Below, piece after piece: positions 7,931 through 18,203 of a DNA stretch of 64,000 bases. Positions within the stretch are counted from its first letter, which is position 1; each line of letters begins with the position of its first letter. The DNA lies in contig JBDKFG010000016.1 in assembly GCA_039798785.1 (NCBI GenBank), positions 8,559 to 72,558 of the forward strand, given 5' to 3'. The notes beneath the pieces were generated by a model that saw only the letters and a list, made by a program, of their open reading frames with translations, was not told the origin of the DNA and searched no databases. The translations under genes were made by a program, and so were the position numbers. The DNA comes from Verrucomicrobiota bacterium (GTDB taxonomy: Bacteria; Verrucomicrobiota; Lentisphaeria; Lentisphaerales; Lentisphaeraceae).

Positions 7931-10165
7931 TCAAGGCGGCGTCTGGGAGAAGGCAGCGAGATCCAGGATCAGTGCGACTTCGCCGTTGTTAAGGATGCAA
8001 AAGCCGGTGACGCCCTGGTTGACGGCGATGCCGCAGGGGACGGGCTTGACCACGGTTTGCAGCTGATACAGGATTTCATCGACGAAGAGGGCGATCGGCC
8101 CGGAGTAGAGCTGGAGGATGACAAGGATCCCTTTGTCGAGGAAGTCGCAATCGGGCTTGATGCCGTGCAGGGAGTGTAGGCGTCGGATCGGCATCACTTC
8201 CTCGCGCAGCTTGATGAATTCCTGGCCGTCGTGGCGGACCAGGATCTGAGAAGCCTTCGGCCGGAGTGCTTCGCGGATGGCGGTGATCGGCAGCATGTAT
8301 TTGCAAGGGCCGACGCGCAGAAGCATGCCGTCGAGGATCGCCAGGGAGAGAGGGATGCGGATCAGGAATTCGAGTCCCTGTCCGGGGTTGTTCTTGATCT
8401 CGATGCGCCCCTTGAGCCGCTCGATGTTGCTTTTCACCACGTCCATGCCGACGCCGCGTCCGGAGAGGCCGGTGACCTGAGCCGCGGTGGAGAAGCCCGG
8501 CATGAAGATCATGCCATAGATCTCCTGTTCCGACAGGTTGGCGCCGTCGCCGGCGATCAAGCCTTGCCGCTTGGCCTTGTCGAAGATCCGGTCGCGGTCG
8601 AGGCCTTTGCCGTCGTCGCGGACGCTGATGACGATCTCGTTGCCTTGCTGGCTGGCGGAGAGCCAGATATTGCCGGTGGGCGGCTTGCCGGCTGCGATCC
8701 GTTCTTCGGCCGTCTCGAGGCCGTGGTCGGCGGAATTGCGCAGCATGTGCACCATGGGGTCGCCGATCAGGTCGGCGACGATCTTGTCGACTTCGGTCTC
8801 TTCGCCGCTGAGTTCCAGCTTGATCTGCTTGCCGGTGTTGCGGGCGAGGTCGTGGACGAGGCGCTGCATTTTGCGGAAGACGCCGGCGATCGGCACCATG
8901 CGGACCGACATGGCGACGTCCTGAAGGCCCCGGATGATGAGGTGGAGCTGGTGAGAGGCTTTTTCGAAAGTCGGCAGCTGCAGCCCTTCCAATTCCGAGT
9001 TGCGCGTCACCATGGCTTCGGCGACGAGAAGCTCGCCGACCAGGTCTACGAGGCTGTCGAGCTTGCGCAGGTCGACCCGGATGTCGCGCCGCTGTTCCGC
9101 CGCCTTGTCGTTGGCGGCGGCCTTGATGACGTTGTTTTCCGGCGGGCTTTCGGGAGTGTCGGCCGCTGCCGGTTCGGCGGCATCCGTCGGCTCGGGAGGG
9201 GCTTGGACGAAGGCCGAGGCGGGCGCGGGTGTTGAGGCGGGGGGCATCGCCTCGGGGGGCGGCAGAGCGGTCTTGCGGACCGCCTGGAGCAGTCCGGTGT
9301 TGGACAAGGAGCCGCTGAGGAGTCTTCCGGAGAAGGAGTCGCCGGGATTGCTGTCGAGCATTTCCGCCTGGGTCGATTCGCGTTTCGCTGCGATCACCAG
9401 GGATCGCAGGCGGGAGAAGAGGTCGCTGGCAGCTTCGGCCAGGGCGTTGCAATGAGGCGGGGCGGTCTCGCGGGCGGCGATGATGAGCAGTTCGACCGAC
9501 TGCGACAGGAGCTCCATCTGCCGGGCGCGGGCGGCGGCGCAGAGGGTGCGGAAGCTGCGCAGGTCGGCGAGAGCGGCGTTGCTGGCGGAAAGGTCGTGGG
9601 GGTGTGCGCAGATGCGCTCGAGGATCAGCTTGATGCCCGCCACCATGGGCTCGATCGAGTGGAAGAAGAATTCCGTCTCTGCCGCCTCGGTGTTCAGCAG
9701 CGGCTGGATGGAACTGAGAATGTCGACGCCGTCGGCGGGGATCTTCGAGCCGGACAGGTCGAGCTTGCCGGACTGGAAGTCGGTGGCGCATCTCTGCAGG
9801 ACTTCGGCCAGGGGGTGTTCCTCGCGGTGCGAGTCGGCCTGAGGCTGTTCGCGCAGGACGTCGAGCATGTGCTTGAGGGCGTCGCAGGCCCGCAGGAGGA
9901 CGCCGATATGTTGCGGCAGCGGGCAGCATTCGGCCTTGCGGTAGAGGTCGAGAAGAGTCTCTGCCGCGTGGGTGAGATGGACGAAGGCGTGGAGCTCGAG
10001 GAAGCCGGCGTTTCCTTTCATCGAGTGGAAGGCGCGGAAGATCAGGTTCACCGTCTCCATCGACTGGATCCGGCCCTCCTGCAGCTCCACCAGGGCGTGC
10101 TCCGCCTGCTCCAAGCCGTCGACCGATTCGGCAATGAAGTCAAGATAGATTTCGCTGTTGTCCAT
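7931..10165 (-). CDS. cheA: Chemotaxis histidine kinase CheA
   Basis: Hpt (IFRAFHSMKG), dimerisation (IRVDLRKLDSLVDLVGEL), HATPase (LRNSADHG, DDGKG, GFSTA..SGRGVGMDVV) and C-terminal CheW domain. Confidence 0.95.
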   Translation of the reverse strand: MDNSEIYLDFIAESVDGLEQAEHALVELQEGRIQSMETVNLIFRAFHSMKGNAGFLELHAFVHLTHAAETLLDLYRKAECCPLPQHIGVLLRACDALKHMLDVLREQPQADSHREEHPLAEVLQRCATDFQSGKLDLSGSKIPADGVDILSSIQPLLNTEAAETEFFFHSIEPMVAGIKLILERICAHPHDLSASNAALADLRSFRTLCAAARARQMELLSQSVELLIIAARETAPPHCNALAEAASDLFSRLRSLVIAAKRESTQAEMLDSNPGDSFSGRLLSGSLSNTGLLQAVRKTALPPPEAMPPASTPAPASAFVQAPPEPTDAAEPAAADTPESPPENNVIKAAANDKAAEQRRDIRVDLRKLDSLVDLVGELLVAEAMVTRNSELEGLQLPTFEKASHQLHLIIRGLQDVAMSVRMVPIAGVFRKMQRLVHDLARNTGKQIKLELSGEETEVDKIVADLIGDPMVHMLRNSADHGLETAEERIAAGKPPTGNIWLSASQQGNEIVISVRDDGKGLDRDRIFDKAKRQGLIAGDGANLSEQEIYGMIFMPGFSTAAQVTGLSGRGVGMDVVKSNIERLKGRIEIKNNPGQGLEFLIRIPLSLAILDGMLLRVGPCKYMLPITAIREALRPKASQILVRHDGQEFIKLREEVMPIRRLHSLHGIKPDCDFLDKGILVILQLYSGPIALFVDEILYQLQTVVKPVPCGIAVNQGVTGFCILNNGEVALILDLAAFSQTPP

Positions 10166-10246
10166 GGTCCTCGGGCGCCTTTTGGGGAAATTGCAGTTTT
10201 TTCTACGCAGTTTCCGGGCCTGATTTCATCTCTTCCGCCAGAGATG

Positions 10247-10276
10247 AAAAAACCTCCGGCAGCGGCTGCCGGAGGT
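10247..10276 (-). terminator. Intrinsic terminator
   Basis: ACCTCCGGCAGC/GCTGCCGGAGGT inverted repeat plus A tract downstream of 10298..11689. Confidence 0.7.
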
Positions 10277-10297
10277 GAGGTGAGGCGCTGACGCGGC

Positions 10298-11689
10298 TCA
10301 GTTGACGCGGAGGTCCCAGAGGGCGCAGGTGACGGCGAAGGCTTCGTCGGCTTCCTTGACCTTTTTCTCGTGGTTCTTGCCCCATGAGTCGGAGTAGATG
10401 ACATGGGTCAGCTTTTTGTTCTCGTCGAGGCGGTAGCCGATGATCAGGCGCATGTGGCCGCCTTCTGCCTGGGGGACGTCGGGTTCGGGGAAGAAGCCCA
10501 GCTGCAGGGCCCAGGCCATGGGGCGGCCCTTGTTGATCGCTTCGATGATGGCTTTGTCGAAGATGGCGCGCTGGGCGGTGTTCTTGTTGGCGACTTCCTT
10601 GCACATCTGGTTCATCGCCTTGACATCGTTTTCGTCGATGTTCTCTCCCGCTTTTTTGCGCTTGCGCATTTCTTTGCGCAATTCGCCGATGAACTTGTTC
10701 ATGTCTCGCATGCTGGCGAAGGGGTACTTGCCCTTGGGTTCGAGCGTGATGCGGAATTTTGTGGCGATTTCCTTCAGGCCTTTGATCAGCTCTTCAGGGC
10801 TGGTGCCGCCGTCGCCGGTGGACTTGGCGATCTTGGCGATCTCGTGCATGTCGGTGTCGCGGCCGTAGAAGTTGAGGATGCGGGCGACCGAGGCGCAGGC
10901 GCAGTAGCCTTTCTGACCCTGGTCGATCATCGGGATGCCGTCGATCCAGACGGTGCCGTCTTCGTCGTGCTTGACGTTGGCGATGCGGTCTTTCTGGTCA
11001 ATCGCCTGGACGTCGTTCTTGTCGAGGTCGAGGACGGTCATTTTGTCGTGGCCGGCGGCGATGTGGAGGCGGATGTAGTCGGCGCTGAGGAACTTGCCGT
11101 TGCGGTCGCGGTTGGCGACGTAGTCGAGACGGTAGAGGATGTTGTCCTTGACCCAGAAGTAGCTGGAGCGGCCGGTGGCGCCTGAGGCTTTTTTCAGGTT
11201 CTTGCCTTCTTTGGCGAGTTTGAAGTCGGGGCAGTAGGCGTTGAGGTTGGCCTTGGCGGCGTTGACCCGGGCCATGAACTCAGCTTCCTTCGAGGCTCCT
11301 TTGATCTCGCCGTCGTCGCCCTTGTTGTAGAGCATGAACTGGGCGCTGTAGATCTTGCCGTCGCGGAAGTTGACCAGGGTTTCGCCCGCGATCATGCCGT
11401 TGAAGCTGAGCTTGTGTTTGTTGTTGAGGGGCGAGGCGCTGACTCGGGCGGCGTTGTGGACGGTTTCGGCGGTCCACTCGAAGCCGTAAGGTTCCATCAG
11501 GGGGGCGAACTCGCTTTCCGGCATGCCGATGAACTTGGAGTCGATGAGGTCCTTCGCCTCGGATTTGGTCGGCTTGGTGATTTTCGGCATCTCGCGCCTG
11601 TCGGAGGGGCTTTGCGCCGCGGCTTCTTGTGGCATCAGGATCAAGCCGCCGAGGGCCAGCATAGTCAGCATGCTCAGGTTGCGGATCAT
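10298..11689 (-). CDS. Secreted protein with C-terminal C39-like (papain-fold) peptidase domain
   Basis: Signal peptide; Q..KGYCACAS (catalytic Cys), GHMRLIIGY (His) and YSDSWG. Confidence 0.7.
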   Translation of the reverse strand: MIRNLSMLTMLALGGLILMPQEAAAQSPSDRREMPKITKPTKSEAKDLIDSKFIGMPESEFAPLMEPYGFEWTAETVHNAARVSASPLNNKHKLSFNGMIAGETLVNFRDGKIYSAQFMLYNKGDDGEIKGASKEAEFMARVNAAKANLNAYCPDFKLAKEGKNLKKASGATGRSSYFWVKDNILYRLDYVANRDRNGKFLSADYIRLHIAAGHDKMTVLDLDKNDVQAIDQKDRIANVKHDEDGTVWIDGIPMIDQGQKGYCACASVARILNFYGRDTDMHEIAKIAKSTGDGGTSPEELIKGLKEIATKFRITLEPKGKYPFASMRDMNKFIGELRKEMRKRKKAGENIDENDVKAMNQMCKEVANKNTAQRAIFDKAIIEAINKGRPMAWALQLGFFPEPDVPQAEGGHMRLIIGYRLDENKKLTHVIYSDSWGKNHEKKVKEADEAFAVTCALWDLRVN

Positions 11690-11905
11690 GGGGATTCCTT
11701 TTTATGTGTGAGTTTAGAGTCTCGGGTCAAGTGCTTAGACCATCCTAACACCAAGAAGACGCGGCTGCCAAATTTTTTTTGATGATTTTTTCTCGATTCC
11801 CGCCGGAGGCGGCTTGGATGGGGCGCTGGCGGCGCCGCCGCAGGTTGACGCATGCGGAGAGCGGAGGAATGTGAGGGCTGGCAAAGAAAATCCCAAGGAA
11901 CCTTG

Positions 11906-13246
11906 ATGCCCTGGCTCGAACATTGTCTCCGGATGTGGCGGAGGATGGACTTCGTCCTGCTCGGACTGGTGCTGTCCCTGCTGGTGCTGGGCACATGGTA
12001 CATCGATGGCATCGGCGACCAAGTGGAGGGGGCGATCAGCCTTTATTCTGCCAAGCAGGTGCAGTGGATCGTCATCGGACTGGTCATGGTCCTGGCGCTG
12101 GCCTGTTTCGACTACGAGGTCCTGGGCGGAAAGGTATGGTGGATCTATTCCTTCGGCATGCTTTTGCTGGTGGCGGTGCTGATCTTCGGCACCGTGATCA
12201 ACGGCCAGAAGTGTTGGATCGACTTCGGCGCCTTCACCATCCAGCCGGCCGAGTTGGCCAAGCCCTGTTGTCTTCTCGCCTTGGCCTGGATCGCCAGCCG
12301 TCCTCGGACGAGATTAAAGGAGCTCGGTCATGTCGCTCCGGTCGCCGCCGTCGCCGCCCTCCCCATGGCTCTGATCGGCCTGCAGCCTGACATGGGTTCA
12401 GCTTTGATCTTCGTTCCGATGACGGCCACAGTGATGTACTTCGCCGGCATCCGCAAGCGCTACCTCCTGGTGCCACTAGCCACCGGCGTGCTTTTGGCTC
12501 CGGCGATCTATTTCATCCTCAAGCCGCACCAGCGCGACCGCATCGACACCTTCACCCACCCCTTCGTCCATCCCGTCACCTTGCGGATGGCGCAGAAGAA
12601 AGCGGCGGAGATGAATCTCTCGCAAGACCAGATGAGGCTGATCGCCAGGATCCAGGATCCGCTCGACTACGTCCGGGTGGAAGAGGCATATCGCGCCGGT
12701 CAGATCAAACTGCCTGAATACAAGTCGCGCCAGGATCCGAAGAATCGCAAGACGGTGACTGAGTTCCTTGCCAACGAAGGGTGGCAAGCCTGGCAGTCGA
12801 AGCTGGCGGTGAGCAGCGGCGGCTTGTGGGGCAAGGGACATGGCAACTCGACCCAGGTGAAGCTCGGCTTCCTGTCGAAAGGCACCGCCACCACCGACTG
12901 TCTGGTCGCGGTAATCGCGGAAGAAGGAGGCTTTGCGATGATGTGCCTGATTCTCCTTCTCGAGTTCGGCGTCATCATCTGCTGCGCCCGCATCGCCATG
13001 TCGGCGCGCGACACCTTTGGACGCGCCATCGCGATGGGCTGCGGCAGCATCTTCCTGATGCACACCTACATCAACGTCGGCATGGCGATCGGGTATGCTC
13101 CGGTCATCGGCATCCCCTTGCCTTTCGTCTCCTACGGCGGCTCCTTCATCCTCAGTTCGATGATCTGCGTCGGCCTGCTCCAGTGCGTGCACGTCCGCCG
13201 CGACGACGATGAATCCAAGGAAAAACTCAGCGAGTTGATGAAATGA
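11906..13246 (+). CDS. rodA: SEDS peptidoglycan polymerase (RodA/FtsW family, more RodA-like)
   Basis: IQPAELAK, QPDMGS, SGGLWGKG, TD..AVIAEEGGF and GIPLPFVSYGGS motifs. Confidence 0.8.
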   Translation: MPWLEHCLRMWRRMDFVLLGLVLSLLVLGTWYIDGIGDQVEGAISLYSAKQVQWIVIGLVMVLALACFDYEVLGGKVWWIYSFGMLLLVAVLIFGTVINGQKCWIDFGAFTIQPAELAKPCCLLALAWIASRPRTRLKELGHVAPVAAVAALPMALIGLQPDMGSALIFVPMTATVMYFAGIRKRYLLVPLATGVLLAPAIYFILKPHQRDRIDTFTHPFVHPVTLRMAQKKAAEMNLSQDQMRLIARIQDPLDYVRVEEAYRAGQIKLPEYKSRQDPKNRKTVTEFLANEGWQAWQSKLAVSSGGLWGKGHGNSTQVKLGFLSKGTATTDCLVAVIAEEGGFAMMCLILLLEFGVIICCARIAMSARDTFGRAIAMGCGSIFLMHTYINVGMAIGYAPVIGIPLPFVSYGGSFILSSMICVGLLQCVHVRRDDDESKEKLSELMK

Positions 13247-14619
13247 CCAAGCAAGACTCACCCGACCCTTACCAGCTCCAAGGCAGGAGCGTCATCGTCG
13301 CCGGTCTCGGCGTCAGCGGGCAGGCCGCCTGTCGTCTCGCCCTCAGCCGTGGCGCCCGGGTCACCGCCGTCGACGAGAGCGCCGACGGACGTGCCCAGGC
13401 CCGTGCGGAAACCCTGCGTGCGGCAGGGGTCTCGGTCTTCACCGGATGGACTCCCGCGCTCGCCCTTCCTGAAGCTGATCTGGCGGTCCTCAGCCCGGGA
13501 ATCCCGCCCGAGGGGAGCCTTGCCAAGGCTCTCGCCAGAACGGCGCCGATATCCGTCGGCGAGCTTGAATTCGGCCTGCGGCACCTCGCCTGCCCCGTCC
13601 TCGCCATCACCGGCACCAACGGCAAGACCACCAGCACTGAATTGGCGGAGCACTGCCTCAAAGGCGTGGGGCTGGAGGCCGTCGCCTGCGGCAACATCGG
13701 CTTCGCCGCCTCCGAGCTCGCCCTTGCCTCGAAAGCGCCGGATTACGCCGTCGCCGAAGTCTCCTCCTTCCAGCTCGATACCCTTGTCGAAACCCGCTTC
13801 GCGGCGGCGGTCATCCTCAACGTCACTCCGGATCACTGGGATCGATATCCCAGCCCCGCGGATTACAGCCGCTCCAAGCTCCGCCTGGCCTCGCTGGCCT
13901 GGCGTTGCGCCGCCTCTGCTCAAGTCGCCCGTCTGCCGGAGGCCGCAGGCATCTCTTTCGATCTGCTGTTCGACAAGGATGGCGACGACTCCTGCTCCTT
14001 CCATAGCAGAGGCGGCAAGTTGATTCTCCGGCCCTGCGGCCTTGAATTCGATCTCTGCGAACAGCCCCTGCAAGGGCGGCACAACATCGAGAATCTCTTG
14101 GCAGTCCTCGCCTTAGGACACATGGCCGGCCTCGATCCTGCAGCCCTTTTCCGGGCGGCCGGCAGCTTCCGGCTCGCCCGTCACCGCCAGGAGCTCGTCC
14201 TTCAAAAGAATGGAATAGCTTACATAAATGATTCTAAAGCAACCAATCCAGACGCAATGGTTCAAGCTATTCTGCGCTTTGGGCGCGACGAATCTCGGCC
14301 TTTGGTGCTGATTGCCGGGGGACGCGACAAAATGATGGATTTCTCCATTGTCAGCCCCCTTCTTCCCCCCTATGTTAAGGCCATCCTCACCTACGGCGAG
14401 AGTGCCACGCTGCTGACACGACTCTGGTCCGACCTGGTTCCTTGCACAAGCTGCGTCTCTTTTGATGCGGCGGTGCAGGCGGCGATGGTTGCGGCTCGGG
14501 ACGGCGACGCGGTGCTGCTTTCTCCCGGCTGCGCCAGTCTTGACTGCTTCGGCAGTTATGCACAGCGCGGCGACCGCTTCACCGAAATCGTCCAAAGGCC
14601 CCAATCCCATGCCCTCTAA
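13243..14619 (+). CDS. murD: UDP-N-acetylmuramoyl-L-alanine--D-glutamate ligase
   Basis: GLGVSG, ITGTNGKTT, EVSSFQL, NDSKATN and LLSPGCAS motifs. Confidence 0.95.
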   Translation: MTKQDSPDPYQLQGRSVIVAGLGVSGQAACRLALSRGARVTAVDESADGRAQARAETLRAAGVSVFTGWTPALALPEADLAVLSPGIPPEGSLAKALARTAPISVGELEFGLRHLACPVLAITGTNGKTTSTELAEHCLKGVGLEAVACGNIGFAASELALASKAPDYAVAEVSSFQLDTLVETRFAAAVILNVTPDHWDRYPSPADYSRSKLRLASLAWRCAASAQVARLPEAAGISFDLLFDKDGDDSCSFHSRGGKLILRPCGLEFDLCEQPLQGRHNIENLLAVLALGHMAGLDPAALFRAAGSFRLARHRQELVLQKNGIAYINDSKATNPDAMVQAILRFGRDESRPLVLIAGGRDKMMDFSIVSPLLPPYVKAILTYGESATLLTRLWSDLVPCTSCVSFDAAVQAAMVAARDGDAVLLSPGCASLDCFGSYAQRGDRFTEIVQRPQSHAL

Positions 14620-15712
14620 ACTCATCCGCGCCGCCCTTGCCTGCGGCACCCTCTCCGCCGTGATGCTTCTCGGCAGCTGCTCCTCATCGTCGAAAAAAGC
14701 CAAGCAGGCCGAAGAAGAGGCCAAGATGGCCGGAGACCTCTTCGATAACCGCGGCGGACGCCTTGCTGCTCCCTTGGTCAAGCCGGTCAGCGCTGAATTT
14801 GGCGAAGCGCCGGTTCTGATCGCTCCTCCTGCTCCCCTGCCGGCTCCGGCCAAGGTCGAGGCTGCCGTTGCTCCCGCCCCCACTCCCGCCGAAGAGATCA
14901 TCCCTCTGGTTGCCGAGCCGGTGAAGCCCGTCACGCCCAAGGTGACAGCGAAAACCACCGTCGCCACCAGCCCCAAGTTTCCGGTGACCAAGTCTGGATC
15001 CACCTACAGCATCCAGAAGGGTGACATCCTCGGTCGGATCGCTCAGGATCATGGCGTCAAGACGGCCGATCTTCTCGCTGCCAATCCCGGCGTCGATCCC
15101 GCCAGACTGAAAGTGGGGCAGAAGATCAAGATTCCTGCTGCCGGCTTCGCCAAGACCAAGCCTGCGCCGCTGGCGGGCACCGCCAAGAGCAGCAAGCCGA
15201 GCGTCAAACCCTCGGGCAAGTCCTCTTCGTCGAAGAGCAGCGGCGCGGTCAAGTCTTCGGGCGGAGAATACACCGTGGTCAGCGGAGATTTCCCTGAGAA
15301 GATCGCCAAGAAACTTGGAGTCAAGCAGGCAGACCTGATGGCGGCCAACCCGGGTCTCAATGCCACAGGACTCCAGATCGGCCAAAAGCTTAAAGTTCCC
15401 GGCGCCTCTTCCGGCAGTTCCGCTGGCGTCAGCTCCCGCAGCCCTGCCGATCCTGCCGATGTCGGCGGCGATATCGCCCCCGCCCCCGCCCCCGCTCCCG
15501 CAGTCGCTGTCGGCGAGACCGCCCCCGCTCCTGCAGTCGACCTCAGCAACACTGAGCCCATCTCCTACACTACCGTCCCCGGCGACACGTTGGATTCCCT
15601 TGCCGCTGGCATGGGGTCCACCGTGGCTCTGATCAAGGCCGCCAATCCCTCCATCAAGAGCGATGCCGACCTGAAGCCCAACATGTCCATCACCGTTCCG
15701 GTACCCCGCTGA
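14609..15712 (+). CDS. LysM-domain lipoprotein (3 LysM repeats)
   Basis: Lipobox LLGSC; LysM repeats YSIQKGD, YTVVSGD and YTTVPGD joined by Pro/Ala/Ser linkers. Confidence 0.85.
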   Translation: MPSKLIRAALACGTLSAVMLLGSCSSSSKKAKQAEEEAKMAGDLFDNRGGRLAAPLVKPVSAEFGEAPVLIAPPAPLPAPAKVEAAVAPAPTPAEEIIPLVAEPVKPVTPKVTAKTTVATSPKFPVTKSGSTYSIQKGDILGRIAQDHGVKTADLLAANPGVDPARLKVGQKIKIPAAGFAKTKPAPLAGTAKSSKPSVKPSGKSSSSKSSGAVKSSGGEYTVVSGDFPEKIAKKLGVKQADLMAANPGLNATGLQIGQKLKVPGASSGSSAGVSSRSPADPADVGGDIAPAPAPAPAVAVGETAPAPAVDLSNTEPISYTTVPGDTLDSLAAGMGSTVALIKAANPSIKSDADLKPNMSITVPVPR

Positions 15713-15736
15713 GAATTCTGCAGCGTCTAATTGCAA

Positions 15737-15767
15737 GACCCGGCGAGCTTCGGCCCGTCGGGTTTTT
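15737..15767 (+). terminator. Intrinsic terminator
   Basis: GC stem with TTCG loop followed by TTTTT, after the LysM gene. Confidence 0.65.
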
Positions 15768-15848
15768 CAATTTTCCCGGGCTTGAATGAATGAGTTATGG
15801 CTATAAAATTTAAGCACTTTGAATTTTCTCGAGAACCCGGAGAACCAG

Positions 15849-16532
15849 ATGAAAATCCTTTTGCTCCCTGGCTGGACCCAGACTTGTTCGCAATTGAAGC
15901 AGCTCCTGCCGGAAGGTTTCGAGATCATCGAGACGGATTGGCAATATGCTTCGAGCCCTTCGAGTTTGCCGCGTCCGGATCTCGTCAATCCGCAAGAGCC
16001 GTTTGTCGTCCTCGGGCACAGTCTTGGCGCCTGTCTGGGATTGAAAATGATGGCGCATCCGCTTTGCCGCGGGGCGATCCTCTTGGGGGCATTCGCCTGC
16101 TTCGCTCCTGAGGAGACGGCTCTGGGCAAGATCCGAGGCAGAAATGTCCGTTCGATGCTGCGACGTCTGGCGCTCGACTTCACCGCCGCCAAGCCGCTGG
16201 TGGCGGAGTTTCTGGTCGAGGCGGATAAGCCCGGGGAGAAGCTGCTTGGGCGCCCCCGTGGAACTCCCTACTTTGTCATGCTCAGCCACGGTCTGGAATT
16301 GCTGCTGGAGCTCGATCTCCGCCCTCGACTGGCCGGACTGGCTGTGCCGGCCTTGGTTATGCACGGGGATCTCGATGCCGTCGTTCCGGTCTCTTATGGA
16401 CGTGAGCTTGCCGGCGGCCTGCCGCGGGCCCAGTACCGGGAATTTCCAGGAACCGGGCATGCGTTCTTCCGCCAGGAAGGCAAAGCGGTCAAACACGCCC
16501 TTGCGCAGTTCCTGAAGGAGCTGAACTCATGA
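15849..16532 (+). CDS. Alpha/beta hydrolase (BioH-like)
   Basis: LLPGW, GHSLG nucleophile elbow, HGDLDAVV and GH catalytic motifs. Confidence 0.8.
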   Translation: MKILLLPGWTQTCSQLKQLLPEGFEIIETDWQYASSPSSLPRPDLVNPQEPFVVLGHSLGACLGLKMMAHPLCRGAILLGAFACFAPEETALGKIRGRNVRSMLRRLALDFTAAKPLVAEFLVEADKPGEKLLGRPRGTPYFVMLSHGLELLLELDLRPRLAGLAVPALVMHGDLDAVVPVSYGRELAGGLPRAQYREFPGTGHAFFRQEGKAVKHALAQFLKELNS

Positions 16533-17443
16533 TCGAATCTCTTGTCGACGCTGCTCCGCGTCGCATCGGCGCATTCCACGAGGTCTCTGCCTTCGGCTTT
16601 GGTTGCTGGCGTTTTCTGCCGCATCTGGTTCCTGATCCGGAGGGATTGCTGGCTTCTGCCTGTGACGGAGGGGTCAACCTGATCGACACTGCCGACGTCT
16701 ACGGCTACGATTGGGGCGGCACGGGCTTCGGCGAGGCCGAGAAGTTTCTTGGCCGCTGCTTCGCGGCCAGCCCTTCCCTGAGAGATCGATTTCTGCTTTG
16801 CGGAAAATCCGGCATCCGACCAGGGACTCCGTATGATTCCAGCCGGATCTACCTTCGTCAGGCGATCGAGGCTTCCCTTCGCCGGCTGAGGACGGATCGT
16901 CTCGATCTCTTCTTGGTTCATCGTCCTGATTTTTTCACTCACCCTGCCGATCTGGCGGCAACGCTGGTCGAGTTCCGTGATCTCGGGTTGATCCGGGAAG
17001 CCGGCGTTTCCAATTTCCTCCCCGCACAGGTCGATGCGCTGCAGTCGTTCCTCCCCTTTCCTTTGGCGGTGCTTCAAACGCAGTTCTCGGCATACCGTCT
17101 TTCCCCTCTTCATGACGGTCAATTCGACTTTTGCCAGTCTCGTAATCTTCTTCCTCTCGCCTGGTCGCCCTTGGACGGCGGACGTCTTGGCGATGATGCC
17201 GTCGCGGTGCCGGGCGGTCCTTCGCAGCAGCTTCTTGATGCCCTTGACCTCTTGGCGCGACGCGAAGGATTGTGCCGCAGTGCCATCGCCCTAGCCTTCG
17301 TCCTCGCCCATCCCGCGCGTCCGGTGGCGCTGCTTGGCAGCACCCGCACTGAGCGCTTGCAGGGATTGCTCAGCGCGGCTAGAGCAAGACTCGACCGTGC
17401 AGATCTTTATGGGATTGTGGGATGCGCCATGAATTTGCCCTAA
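16529..17443 (+). CDS. Aldo/keto reductase
   Basis: [36 protein letters not shown] and AWSPL motifs. Confidence 0.9.
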   Translation: MIESLVDAAPRRIGAFHEVSAFGFGCWRFLPHLVPDPEGLLASACDGGVNLIDTADVYGYDWGGTGFGEAEKFLGRCFAASPSLRDRFLLCGKSGIRPGTPYDSSRIYLRQAIEASLRRLRTDRLDLFLVHRPDFFTHPADLAATLVEFRDLGLIREAGVSNFLPAQVDALQSFLPFPLAVLQTQFSAYRLSPLHDGQFDFCQSRNLLPLAWSPLDGGRLGDDAVAVPGGPSQQLLDALDLLARREGLCRSAIALAFVLAHPARPVALLGSTRTERLQGLLSAARARLDRADLYGIVGCAMNLP

Positions 17444-17460
17444 GAGTTTATGGCGGGGGC

Positions 17461-17489
17461 TTGCGTCGAGCAGGGTTTTTCTTTATAAT
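17461..17489 (+). promoter_or_regulatory. Sigma70-type promoter of the pilin-like cassette
   Basis: TTGCGT-17 nt-TATAAT, then an AGGAG RBS before ATG 17520. Confidence 0.65.
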
Positions 17490-17519
17490 TGCAGTGATCC
17501 ATCCAGTTCAGGAGTTCGT

Positions 17520-18188
17520 ATGCGAAGAAGATTCACCTTGATCGAATTGCTTGTTGTGGTCGCCATCATCGGGATTCTTGCCAGCATGCTTCTGCCTGCT
17601 TTGGCCAAGAGTCGTGCGACGGCGCGACAGACCCTCTGCCTTAACAACATGAAGCAGATCGGCTTGTGGATGAATATGTATTCCGACGATAACGACGGGG
17701 CTTGGCCAAGGGCCTGGAAGAACGAATGGCCGTGGGATGACTTTTTGTCATTCTATGACGGCAGAGCCTTGACCCAATCACAGCTTGATGGATGGGCTCC
17801 TCCGGTAAAGCCGCAGGATGTGACCTACAAGTGTTCGCTTGATGGACGCAAGTTAGCTGGTGAGTCGACTCGTACCTATGCGGTCAATGCTCAGGTGACA
17901 GGGGACTATCCTTGGGGGTATTCCGGTGTCAACAAGGACAATATTCAATCACATTCGACTGCTGTCTTGATGTCGGAACGTATTCCCAGCAGTGCAGACA
18001 CGGGGACGACCTCTACCATGGGGGATGATGAGAGCTGTCGCGGTTTCACCAACAACGATGCCGGCGGCGCCGGTTTTTCCAACTGGCACTCGAATCATCC
18101 TAAGACTTTTCAATTGCCGTGGCTCTTCGTCGATGGCCATACGGAATTGCAGGCGAAGGGATTTTTCACAACCTTCACCCCGCAATGA
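17520..18188 (+). CDS. Prepilin-type N-terminal cleavage/methylation protein (H-X9-DG/DUF1559-like)
   Basis: [35 protein letters not shown] and C-terminal H...LFVDGH. Confidence 0.9.
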   Translation: MRRRFTLIELLVVVAIIGILASMLLPALAKSRATARQTLCLNNMKQIGLWMNMYSDDNDGAWPRAWKNEWPWDDFLSFYDGRALTQSQLDGWAPPVKPQDVTYKCSLDGRKLAGESTRTYAVNAQVTGDYPWGYSGVNKDNIQSHSTAVLMSERIPSSADTGTTSTMGDDESCRGFTNNDAGGAGFSNWHSNHPKTFQLPWLFVDGHTELQAKGFFTTFTPQ

Positions 18189-18203
18189 TTTGAGAGGTTG
18201 ACC

